Below, piece after piece: positions 1-64,000 of a stretch of 64,000 bases of DNA. This DNA is from Eledone cirrhosa. Lineage: Eukaryota. Positions within the stretch are counted from its first letter, which is position 1, and the number at the start of each line of letters is the position of its first letter. Under the pieces are notes generated by a model. The model was not told the DNA's origin. It worked only from the letters and a program-made list of their open reading frames with translations, and did no database searches. The stretch covers positions 100,812,001 to 100,876,000 of the forward strand of contig OZ024744.1 in assembly GCA_964016885.1 (NCBI GenBank), written 5' to 3'. The translations under genes and the position numbers were made by a program.

Positions 1-1514
1 TCCAGGTAACAACAATACTATATATTATAGAGGTCCAGGTAACAACAATACTATATATTATAGAGGTCCAGGTAACAACAATACTATATATTATAGAGGT
101 CCAGTTAACAACAATACTATATATTATCGAGGTCCAGTTAACAACATATAATACTATATATTATAGAGGTCCAGTTAACAACAATACTATATATTATAGA
201 GGTCCAGTTAACAACAATACTATATATTATAGAGGTCCAGGTAACAACAATACTATATATTATAGAGGTCCAGGTAACAACAATACTATATATTATAGAG
301 GTCCAGTTAACAACAATACTATATATTATAGAGGTCCAGTTAACAACATATAATACTATATATTATAGAGGTCCAGTTAACAACAATACTATATAGTATA
401 GAGGTCCAGTTAACAACATATAATACTATATATTATAGAGGTCCAGGTAACAACAATACTATATATTATAGAGGTGCAGTTAACAACAATACTATATATT
501 ATAGAGGTATAGTTAACAACATATAATACTATATATTATAGAGGTCCAGTTAACAACAATACTATATATTATAGAGGTATAGTTAACAACAATACTATAT
601 ATTATAGAGGTCCAGTTAACAACAATACTATATATTATAGAGGTCCAGTTAACAACAATACTATATATTATAGAGGTCCAGTTAACAACAATACTATATA
701 TTATAGAGGTCCAGTTAACAACAATACTATATATTATAGAGGTTCAGTTAACAACAATACTATATATTATAGAGGTCCAGTTAACAACATATAATACTAT
801 ATATTATAGAGGTCCAGTTAACAACAATACTATATATTATAGAGGTCCAGTTAACAACAATACTATATATTATAGAGGTGCAGTTAACAACAATACTATA
901 TATTATAGAGGTCCAGTTAACAACATATAATACTATATATTATAGAGGTCCAGTTAACAACAATACTATATATTATAGAGTTCCAGTTAACAACATATAA
1001 TACTATATATTATAGAGGTCCAGTTAACAACAATACTATATATTATAGAGGTCCAGTTAACAACAATACTATATAGTATAGAGGTCCAGTTAACAACATA
1101 TAATACTATATATTATAGAGGTCCAGTTAACAACATATAATACTATATATTATAGAGGTCTAGTTAACAACAATACTATATATTATAGAGGTCCAGTTAA
1201 CAACAATACTATATATTATAGAGCTCCAGTTAACAACAATACTATATATTATAGAGGTCCAGCTAACAACAATACTATATATTATAGAGATCCAGTTAAT
1301 AACAATACTATATATTATAGAGGTCCAGTTAACAACAATACTATATATTATAGAGGTCCAGTTAACAACAATACTATATATTATAGAGGTCCAGCTAACA
1401 ACAATACTATATATTATAGAGATCCAGTTAATAACAATACTATATATTATAGAGGTCCAGTTAACAACAATACTATATATTATAGAGGTCCAGTTAACAA
1501 CAATACTATATATT
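1..1514. repeat. 33-bp minisatellite (TATATTATAGAGGTCCAGTTAACAACAATACTA)n with 38-bp variant units
   Basis: About 45 tandem units visible; runs off the window start and into the N gap. Confidence 0.97.
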
Positions 1515-1714
1515 NNNNNNNNNNNNNNNNNNNNNNNNNNNNNNNNNNNNNNNNNNNNNNNNNNNNNNNNNNNNNNNNNNNNNNNNNNNNNNNNNNNNNN
1601 NNNNNNNNNNNNNNNNNNNNNNNNNNNNNNNNNNNNNNNNNNNNNNNNNNNNNNNNNNNNNNNNNNNNNNNNNNNNNNNNNNNNNNNNNNNNNNNNNNNN
1701 NNNNNNNNNNNNNN
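1515..1714. other. Assembly gap (200 N)
   Basis: Run of N. Confidence 1.
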
Positions 1715-2051
1715 CACACAGTCCACGCTGTAAATGTGGCCGTGTAGGCAACACGGTAAAAACCTCCCAGCCCCACACTGTAAATGTGGTTGGTGTTAGG
1801 AAGGGCATCCAGCTGTAGAAAACCTGCCAGACAGTCCACGCTGTAATGTGGGCCGTGTAGGCAACACGGTAAAAACCTCCCAGCCCCCACACTGTAAATG
1901 TGGTTGGTGTTAGGAAGGGCATCCAGCTGTAGAAAACCCGCCAGACAGTCCTATGCGAGCAAGACAACCACTCTTGCCTCAAGTGGGAAAACCCCCGTCC
2001 AAACCCATGCAAGTGTGGAACACAGACGCTAAACCTGATGATGATGATGAT
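1715..2051 (+). mobile_element. RTE LINE 3' UTR fragment with internal tandem duplication and (GAT)n tail
   Basis: Matches the 3' end of the LINE at 20383-23088 and the copy at 9505-9952. Confidence 0.85.
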
Positions 2052-2069
2052 GTAAATAAAGGCAATTTT

Positions 2070-2267
2070 TTTATTATAATTGTTTCTACTTTTGGCACAA
2101 GGCCAGCAATTACCCAGTGTATTACTGGTACTTTATTTTATCAACCCCTATAAGGATGAAAGGCAAAGTTAACCTCAGCGGGATTTGAACTCAGAATGGC
2201 AAGGGCCATAACTTTATGCATCAAAGCATGGCATCTGACCCTCTACCGATTCTGCCAATCCACCGCA
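2070..2267 (-). mobile_element. tRNA-derived SINE, family A
   Basis: Reverse complement of copies at ~11175-11372, 36824-37038, 57865-58090 and 63042-63220 (B-box GAGTTCAAATCCC; core TTTGCCTTTCATCC..GTCGATAAAATAAAGTACCAG). Confidence 0.8.
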
Positions 2268-2479
2268 ATTTTTTTATTATAATAATTAAATTTTGGTGGC
2301 ACTTTTTTCAAAAATGCTATTTTAATCCTTTAGTTACCAACACAGCTAAAACTGGCTCTGGTTCTATGAAATAAAACCACCTATTTTGAAAGTTTCCAAT
2401 TTAGATTCAAATCTTCCAACATAAGTTTATATAAGAACCTTATGTTAAGTAATGAAATAATTGATAATTTTATTAAATC

Positions 2480-5382
2480 TGTAGATCACGCCACCTAGCT
2501 TTGACTTTGGAGGCAGTCGATTAACTGCCCTTAGTTCTGACGTCAGTAGCTGAATACACACTCTTTTCAACTTGATGTGTTGATGCGAGCAGACGCGTTT
2601 CATGGTGGCGAAACAGCGATATCACATTATGCGGTCACAGGGTATTTGAACACCGCCACAAAATAATAATTACGAATTACCAATCATGGAGCAACTGCTA
2701 TGATAACCTGTTTTGTTTATTGTTCTGATTAAAATGCTCATGTACATATAATCTCGAGGTATGTTCTTTTTGCTTAATTGTTTACCTACACCTAACAACA
2801 AATAGAAGAGATGTCCTAGCAGCCAAGCTAGGGAAACAAACTCCCCACTAAATCGTAAAACAACGCAGACTTCTAAAGTTGGTGACCATCTCTCCTAAAG
2901 CGGTTGACCCCGATTATGCAACCTTCTAAAAGGACTTCTAAAAACCTCCAGAGAAGAACACATACGTCATTTGAATCTTTTGTTTTGTCGACTCAAGGAT
3001 TACAGTGTTCAAATTAATCCATCAAAATGTGTTTTTGGTTCCAATTCTCTGAATTTTTTGGGCCACGTCATTGACGCTGACGGTATTCAGCCTATTCCTG
3101 AGAGAGTTAAAGCTATAGAGGATTTGCCTCCACCAACCTCACTCCGTCAGTTGCGCCAATTCTTGGGGCTGATTAATTTTTATAGGTGGTTTGTGCCTAA
3201 TTGTGCTAAGCTACTCTTCTCTTTGACGGAAATTTTGAAAAATTGCCGAAAGAAAAATAAAGACATTTCTTTGAATGAAACTCAACTCCAGGATTTTTGA
3301 GAATGCGAAAATTGCTCTAGCCAATGCATCTTTGCTGGCTCACCCAGTGTCCAATGCTAAGCTTTCGCTTTGTGTTGATGCGTCGGATACTGCCGTGGGC
3401 GCAGTTTTGCAGCAAAGTAGGAATGATCAACAGCAACCGTTGGAATTTTTCTCCAGGAAGCTGAACCTGCCGAAACCCGCTACAGCACCTTTGGACGGGA
3501 AGTTGTTAGCTATATACTTATCGGTGAAGCATTTTTCGCAGATGTTTGAAGGAAGAACGTTCACCATCTTCACGGACCACAAGCCGTTGACATTCGCCTT
3601 GCGAGCAAAGGCAGACAAATACTCGCCCAGAGAAAACTAAACATCTTGATCTCATCTCTCAGTTTACAAATGATATTCAACATATTCCGGGTTCTATGAA
3701 TACACCGGCTGACGCCCTGTCTCGTTTGCCGATTGCTTCGATTTCGTCGTCCGATGACATAGATTTGAATCGCTTGGCAGCCGATCAGCCTACCCTCAAA
3801 TCGTTGGATGTTACATCGTCTGAATTTGTTAATTGCAGGATGAAATACCTACTTTTACCGACCGCAGACGGACGGATCCTCTGCGACGTCTCTTTGGATG
3901 CGCCACGCCCTTTTGTTCCGTTGAACCATCGTCGAACTGTGTTTCTTGTTTTACACAGCATTTCACATCCAGGATCTTCTGCCACAGTAAAACTCATAAC
4001 GGCTAGATTCTTCTGGCCAAATATGAGACGTGAAATTACTGTTTGGCGCCGTTCCTGTGTTAGTTCACAGGCATGTTAAGACTCCTCTAAATATTTTTAG
4101 TAACCCGGAACGCTCGGTTTCACCACATTCATGTGGACATCGTGGGACCTTGGCCAATCTGCGGTGGTCATAATTACATATTGACTGTTATCGATCGTTT
4201 TTTCCGCGATGGTCTGAAGCCATCCCCTTGAAATATATCACTGCTGAGACGACAGCGCGTGCCCTTGTGTCTGGATGGATCGCTCGATATGGAGTACCAA
4301 CATCAGTTACCACGGACTGGGGAAGGCAGTTTGAATTGAATCTCTTCCATGAATTAACGAAGATCATCGGTGATAAACGCATCCAAACGACTGCATATCA
4401 TCCTGCCTCTAATGGAATGGTAGAGCGCTTCCTCACCGACAACTAAAAGCCGCTTCTCCTGACTCTATGCGTTGGAGCAAGTACCTCCCTATTGTGTTGT
4501 TGGGGATTCGGTCAACAATAAAGGAGGACTTTGGGTTCTCCCCGGCCCGAATTGTTATATGGTGCTCCTCTAGCGTTACCTGGGCAAATGCTTGCCTCTG
4601 TCGATCTTGCTGCACAGGATCCGCTTTCCTACGTATCCCGTCTGCGTTCCTATTTTCAGGACATGCTGCCGATGGATACGAGGAAGCAAACTATAAAATC
4701 TGCAGTCCCGAGGGATATTGTCTCGTGGACCCATGTGTCTGTGAGAAACGATGCTGTGAGACCACCTCTCACACAACCGTACTCTGGACCCTACCATGTA
4801 GTAGCTTGTTCCGAGAAACTTTTCACTGTAGACATTAAGGGTTCCAGAGAGACGGTTTCTATTGATCGACTCAAACGAGCACATTTGGATACAGACGCTA
4901 TCACACCTGAGCCACAAACGCCCCCGTCTTTTTCTTTCGCACACACACCCTGCTTCTTCGTCCACCCCATCACCAAGATATAAGACAACGACCCGTTCTG
5001 GTTGAAGAGTCCACTAGCCCAAAGAACTCTTCCAAATTTTTATTATATGAACTGGCCACTGGACCCTTTTTTGCAAAAAACTGTGTAGCACTGTATATTT
5101 TTAAGCTGCTATTGTGCGGCCGCTTTAATCCTGTATTTCCTATTTGAACTATTTGAACTTTTAAAAATTGTATTTACGTTTTATTATAATTTTTTTCTTT
5201 CTCGTTCTTGCATGCATGTTTCATATGTTCTTTTGAAAATTGTTGTGCTCTTCATGCTCGATTGGGCTGATTGCTCCTTGGTTTGGGGTTTTTGCTAGTT
5301 GCACATCGTTTTTCTACATACATGGTCCGACTAAATCGTAAAACAACGCAGCCTTCTAAAAAAGGTGACCATCTCTCCTAAA
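2480..5382 (+). mobile_element. Internally deleted Ty3/Gypsy LTR retrotransposon nested in a TTAA MITE
   Basis: Starts TG at 2480; the ~55-bp LTR end is repeated at ~2847-2899 and ~5330-5382; AATC target duplication at 2476-2479 and 5383-5386; PBS-like GGTTGACCCCGA after 2899; the flanks rejoin into the MITE seen intact at 49267-49490. Confidence 0.88.
2947..4983 (+). pseudogene. Gypsy pol remnant (RT C-terminus, RNase H, integrase, GPY/F)
   Basis: [79 protein letters not shown]; multiple frameshifts and stops. Confidence 0.93.
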
Positions 5383-5589
5383 AATCCCTCAAAATTCTTC
5401 ATTAATTAATTAAAATAGACTATATTTCATTAGAAATGTGGTCGTGAAAGTTAAGAAAACTGTTAAATATTTGAATATAAGTTCCCCTCCACATTTTATG
5501 TCTGAGAAATGGGCAATATCCAAATCCCATTTATTAGCCAAGGCTAATTCTGGAAAGAAACATGAAATATATCTAGGGCATTATAAAAT

Positions 5590-5995
5590 TCCAGAGATCC
5601 ATGGACGAGTTCTCTCCAGCGGTCTCTGACCCTCATCATTGCTGCCATGTCCTGTGTCTCCAACGGACCAGTGTCTGTCCTTAGGGCATCAACATATGTC
5701 AACCTCAGTCTCCCTCTTCTAGTGTGTCCGTGCAGGGGCTCCCACAGGAGTGCAGTGTCAACTCTGGATGTCGGTGAGCATGTCCAACTAACCTCAGTCT
5801 CTTCTGTGTTAACTTTTCGAGCTGACTTTTGGGAGGCTCCCGTACAACTCAGTTTTTCATCCTCTGTATACTGATTAATGTTCAGAGCCATCCTCAGCAT
5901 TCTCGTGTAGCACCCATCCACCATCTGAGTGAGTTTCTGGGTCAGTGTCCAAGTCTCAGACCCATACAGACTCCACTGTAGCAACGATGGCACGG
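5590..5995 (-). mobile_element. Non-LTR (RTE-like) retrotransposon 3' ORF fragment
   Basis: LYGSETWTLT..DGCYTRMLRMALNI..LLWEP.HG..RRGR...YVD.L..D...DRWRELV. Confidence 0.8.
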
Positions 5996-6040
5996 ATCTT
6001 CAGGTCTTTATGAAGGTCCAACTTCCCACAGTTTGAGATG

Positions 6041-6077
<37 letters not shown>

Positions 6078-6149
6078 TACACACTTTACTAATATTTTTG
6101 TATTGTATGAGTTCTTTAATTCTCAATTTGAAAATTTCATATATATATA

Positions 6150-6355
6150 TACGAACACGGTTCAGCTGAAAAGTTCATAGGCTGGCCAAGATACTCTCAC
6201 GGAATCACCAAATGAGGTTTAGTTTTCAACATAGTCCATTGAAAGAAACAATGTGTAGTTATTAATAAGAAGAGTTGAAATTAATGCAAGCAAGATTTCG
6301 CAGCTCTAGCATCACTCCTTCAGTCAGCCTATGAACTTTTTCAGCCAACCCTCGT
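6150..6355. mobile_element. mariner-type non-autonomous element
   Basis: Inverted ends GCTGAAAAGTTCATAGGCTG / CAGCCTATGAACTTTTTCAGC with (T)ACGA...TCGT termini next to (TA)n. Confidence 0.7.
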
Positions 6356-6384
6356 TCATGCACTTGAAATTATATTAATTTAAA

Positions 6385-6655
6385 TATCGCCCTCACTCTG
6401 AATCGATCGACAAGATCCCAGACCTCATTCGCTTGCTGAGTGGGGTGGACCTTGTCAAAATCTGACAGAGGAAACAATGTTTCCATTAGTCTTTCCATTG
6501 CTGATACTATCTATCGGTTGCAACTCCTGGTAGAAGGAGCAACGTGAAAATAAAGTGTCTTGCTCAAGGACACAATGCATCACCTGATCCAAGATTTGAA
6601 CTCCCAACCTCACGGTTGTCAATCCAACTCTCTAACCACTCAGCCACGTGGCTTC
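6385..6655 (-). mobile_element. tRNA-derived SINE, family B
   Basis: A/B-box head (TGGCTGAGTGGTTAG..GAGTTCAAATC) followed by GTGTCCTTGAGCAAGACAC; close copy at 59343-59561. Confidence 0.8.
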
Positions 6656-6712
6656 ACAATTAAATACTAACATTGTAATTTTAAAATGTTTTCGCGTTTT
6701 TAATTTGTGTAG

Positions 6713-59715
<53,003 letters not shown>

Positions 59716-59976
59716 TGGAAGAAAAGATTATATTTATGTATCTCATATCTCCTGAAGTTATCGACATTACCTATCTTTGACCTTTTTTAGTGATCATACG
59801 TATCAAGTGAAATATGTATATAATTCTGTATGTATGTATGTATGTATGTATGTATGTATGTATGTATGTGTTTCTGTGTTTGTGTGTGTCTATACATTTT
59901 TGTAATGCATGTTTTATTTTTATTTTAATTATATTCTTTTACTGGCTATCTTCAACTATATGGCTGACGGACTTTT

Positions 59977-59982
59977 AATAAA
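59977..59982 (+). promoter_or_regulatory. Candidate polyadenylation signal of NUP98-96
   Basis: First AATAAA after the stop (~260 nt downstream), with T/GT-rich sequence further downstream. Confidence 0.5.
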
Positions 59983-60218
59983 CATTATCATCTGCCCGAA
60001 GCACTGAGACTCTTTTCCTACTGTATCAAACGTTAAACTGATAGATATATATATATATTATCATTGTATTGTGTTGTTCTCCTGTTGTTTTTCCTCGTTT
60101 TCATTTCACACACACTTACACAAACACTCATACTCACACACACACACAAACACTGGCTTATATTTCACTGAATTTTTAATATATAAGCAAAATTTAAATA
60201 TTCAATAGAAATCAATGA

Positions 60219-60563
60219 ATCATCATCATCATCATCATCATTTTACGTCCGCTTTTCCCTGCTTGCAAGGGTGGGACGGGAACTGATTCTGGCTTGATTT
60301 CTACAGCTGGATGCCCTTCCTAACACCAACCTCATTTACAGTGTCAGCTGGGTGCTTTTTTGCCGTGGCACCTCCATGACCACTTTGCAGTGGAATGATA
60401 TGGACCCCAGTCCCTATCATCTCATTTCTACAACTGAGTAAACTGGAGCAATGTGAAATAAAGTGTCTTGCTCAAGGAAACAACACATCACCCGGTCTGA
60501 GAATTGAACTCACAACCTTTCGATTGCAAGGCCAATGCTCTAACCACTAAGCCATGGGCCTCC
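60219..60563 (-). mobile_element. Full-length tRNA-headed SINE with RTE-type 3' end and (GAT)n tail
   Basis: A/B boxes, CCTTGAGCAAGACAC core, GGTTGGTGTTAGGAAGGGCATCCAGC module, ACCCTTGCAAGCAGGGAAAAGCGGACGTAAAATGATGAT tail. Confidence 0.88.
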
Positions 60564-60894
60564 AATATTTATAATTATTATTATTTTTATCTTATATCAC
60601 AAATGTTTTTTCAAGTAGCTGTGTCATTCCAGTGAAAATAATTATGGTTTTTAAGCAAACAATCTGCAGGCATGGCCGTGCAGTTAAGAAATTTGCATCA
60701 CAAGCATAAACATGTGGTTCTGGGTTCCAGCCTGCTGTATAGCACCTTGAGAAAGTGTATTTTATTGAACCCTTGGGTTGACCAATACCTTGTTAGTGGA
60801 ATTTGGTGGGCAAAACAAAGCAGAAGCCCATCTGTGTGTGTATTTATACACACACAGATGGGCTTCTGAATGGGCGCCCAACATGAATTGGAAC

Positions 60895-62300
60895 CTAGCT
60901 CCATTATCTTGTGGGCTCTTAGAAAACTAGGAGTAGATGAGTGGCTTGTGAGAGCTATACAAACCATATATAGAGGACCAGTCAGCGAAGTTAGAATTAA
61001 CAATGAATATAGTGAAGAATTTAGGGTAAAAGTAGGTGTTCACCAAGGATCCGTCCTTAGCTCCCTCCTGTTGGTTAGTGTCCTACAGGCTATAACAGAT
61101 GAGTTTAAGACTGGCTGCTCATGGGAACTTCTATATGCAGATGATCTAACTCTCATAGCTGAATCTATGGCAAAACTAGAGAAGAAATTCCAAAACCAGA
61201 AGCATGCCCTAGAATCAAAAGACCTTAAATTTAATTTGTATAAGATTAAAGTTCTAGTATGTAGAAAGGAAAATAGGGCACAGGTTCCCTCTGGGAAATG
61301 GCCATGATCAGTGTGTAGGAAAGGAGTAGGAAGAAATTCCATTCTATATCCCAAATGCAAACAATGGGTACATAAACGATGTAGTGGGATCACAGGTAAG
61401 CTATCTAAGAGTGTAGATTTTATAAGTGGCCAATGCTCAGGTGCAGTTAGTAGCAAGTGCCCACTGGATACTACCCATTCTGTTACCTGAGTGACAAAAT
61501 CAGCAGTGGAGGAGGGTGCTCTGAAAGTACAGTAGATGGAAAAAGTTCAAAGAGCTTATCCCGCTGTTGGCCACAAACGGTTTCTCTCTGAAAATGAAAG
61601 GCAGATTGTATGATGCTTGTATACGAACAGCAATTTACATGACAGTGAGACCTGAGCATTGTGTGCTGAGGATCTGCGCAGATTGAAAAGAAATGAAGCA
61701 TGCATGCTCTGATGGATGTGTAATAGTAATATTCATGAACGGCAACGCGTAAGCGAACTGAGAGATTAGTCATAAGAGGGATCAGATGCTGTTTACTTGA
61801 GAGGAGATTGTATTGGTATGGTCATGTAATTCATATGAAGGACGATCAAGGAAGTTATGGAGTAAGTAGACCCAGAAAAGGCCGGGGCGAGGTGATAAAA
61901 ACTGACTTTGTGCACTTACACCTCTAAGACAGTGTCACTGGATCGAGATCTTTGGTGTTATGCAGTTATACAGAAGACCCGCCTTGTGGGCACCTCTTAA
62001 TCTAATATACACCCCACATACCCTCCCACTTCCGCCCACACCATCCTTACTCTGTAAAGTGGTCATGTAGGTGTCAACAAAAAACACCCAGTCCACACTA
62101 AAGTGGTCATGTAGGTATCACAACCAAAAACACCAGTCCACACTGTAAAGCGGTTGTGTAGGAGACACATCAAAAGGTACCCAGCACACACATAGAAACC
62201 AAGCCAAAACGAAATGCATGAGCAGGGCATGGTCACCTGACTTGTCTAGCCACAGCATGTAACAGCCCACCTAACCCATGCAAGCATGGAAAATAGACTT
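60895..62300 (+). mobile_element. Degenerate 5'-truncated RTE LINE
   Basis: WALRKLGVDEWLV..GVHQGSVLS..LLYADD through to the 3' UTR; stops and deletions. Confidence 0.9.
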
Positions 62301-63041
62301 TTAACCAGTACTAGGTAAACTATGGCTCATTTGGCTTTCTGAATGGTACGCTTGATTTCGAAATCTTGAATTCTTAAGTAGTATGGCCTGCTTTATGATG
62401 AACTACATCCTAGGTGGTCCACTGCTTGAAAAATGTTGCCCATGCCTGCTTTAAACAGTGATGATGATGGTGTGTCTGTATACACATACTATTCTTTGAT
62501 ACATTCCTAAAAAGTCAGCACTATACAGGGTCTCATAATAAAATAGGGGTGTCAGCTTGAAAGCTATTTTTAACAGTTGTATGGACATAAATGAAGAATA
62601 ACAGACATTTCTTCACATGACGATGTCACACATTGCACTTTACAGTTATAATTAAATGATAAATTAAGAAGACCTTAATTAACATTATGATACAATTATT
62701 CAATTATTAACCTGGTTTAAATTAATCAATTTTTATCACAAGTCCACAGGCCTAATCAGCATTAATTCAGTTGAAATGCAACAAGAAATAAGACAGAAGA
62801 GATTGTGTCAAGAAGAGGTACTAAGTTTCTTCTTCACACATTGGTTCCTATTCAAAGAATGTACTTCATGTGTGTGTGTTCTTGAATCATCTCACATGAA
62901 GCAATTCACAATAACAGGATATTACAACTTTAAAAAACCCTCTCTTTGTCTTGTTCTTTCTCTCCCAATCAGGGTAATTCTTAGTAAACTGGGCCATGTT
63001 TTCCTTAACCCTTTAGCATTTACATTATTCTATATTTACTA

Positions 63042-63220
63042 CTAGGGCAGTATCGGTAGAGGGTCGGATGCCATGCTTTGACGCATAGAGTTACGGCCCT
63101 TGCCATTCTGAGTTCAAATCCCGCCGAGGTTAACTTTGCCTTTCATCCGCACGGGGTCGATGAAATAAAGTACCAGTAATGTATTGGGTAATTGATAGCT
63201 TTGTGACAAAAGTAGAAACA
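63042..63220 (+). mobile_element. Family A SINE inserted in a TTAA MITE with 18-bp TSD
   Basis: ATTATTCTATATTTACTA at 63024-63041 and 63221-63238. Confidence 0.88.
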
Positions 63221-63789
63221 ATTATTCTATATTTACTATTGTATTTTCAAGGTAAAGGCCTTACCTACGAGATTTTGATGTTATTTTATATTTTGAGAAC
63301 AATACCTTAACATCAATATGAGCAACTGGTTTGAACAGAAAGAGGTGAGAGAGTTCTGGCCAGATATGGCCGGTTTATATACTAAAGGGTTAATCTGGGT
63401 GATGTAGTTTCTGAAGAATTCACTTGTAAAGTTATTTCTGTTATAACTGGTCATTCAGAATTTTTTATGGGAGTTAAGAAGAGAGCAATTGATTATATCA
63501 ACCAGTACTAGGCTGTTGCTTGTTCTTTTGATTCTGGAAGAACAGAAAGTATCAATATGGCCACTGCAAAAGATGTCCTTCACATCAACTTTGCTGTTGT
63601 CACATCTACTTTGGTTCAGTATCTGCTGTTACTGCATTCATTTTAACTTCTTTTACTGATACGCTCCCTCACTCACTCTCTCATACTATTACTACTTTCT
63701 ACTCCTATATTACACACCATACATACACACATATGTGAGTGTATACATAGAAAACTGGATAAAAAAAATTCTATACCAACTATGGAATT

Positions 63790-64000
63790 TACACCTGCAG
63801 TGCTGCAATGTCACCTTAAGAATAAACGCAACCATGCCTCTCCTGGTCTTGATGGTGTTATGTACCTGCTTCTCAAACGTGGTGGGTACTTCCTTCTGCA
63901 CCAGCTTTCATTCTTCTTTCATCTCTGCCTTGACAACGGTGCTACTCCAGAGTGGTGGAAAACTGCCAGTGTCATTCCTCTGTTCAAAAAGCGTGACCGC
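63790..64000 (+). mobile_element. LINE fragment, region just N-terminal of RT (runs off window)
   Basis: SPGLDGV..LLK...PEWWKTASVIPLFKK. Confidence 0.7.

Noticed and set aside
1160-1726. 188-aa ORF of IIYSIVVNWTS repeats
   Set aside because: Translation of the 33-bp minisatellite plus N gap.

Overview
AT-rich, repeat-dense animal genomic DNA. The SINE/RTE/microsatellite landscape suggests a coleoid cephalopod, probably an octopod (inference, not verified). The only host gene is the 3' part of NUP98-NUP96 on the + strand: 23 phase-compatible GT-AG exons from 6713 to the stop at 59715 (~1087 codons). They include the complete Nup98 autoproteolytic domain, the HF/S cleavage site and the ~904-aa Nup96 moiety; the FG/GLEBS exons lie upstream of the window or across the N gap. 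The introns hold a deleted Gypsy element, a near-intact Charlie-type hAT, a Tip100-type hAT, several RTE LINE copies with partner SINEs, a Penelope-like element with inverted pLTRs and hammerhead remnants, Helitron-type elements (two of them head-to-head), TTAA MITEs, and mini/microsatellites. Two arrays (13 x 61 bp and 33 x 115 bp) are independent amplifications of one retroelement hairpin module. No prokaryotic system or CRISPR array is present. All alignments, folds and family assignments were made by eye.
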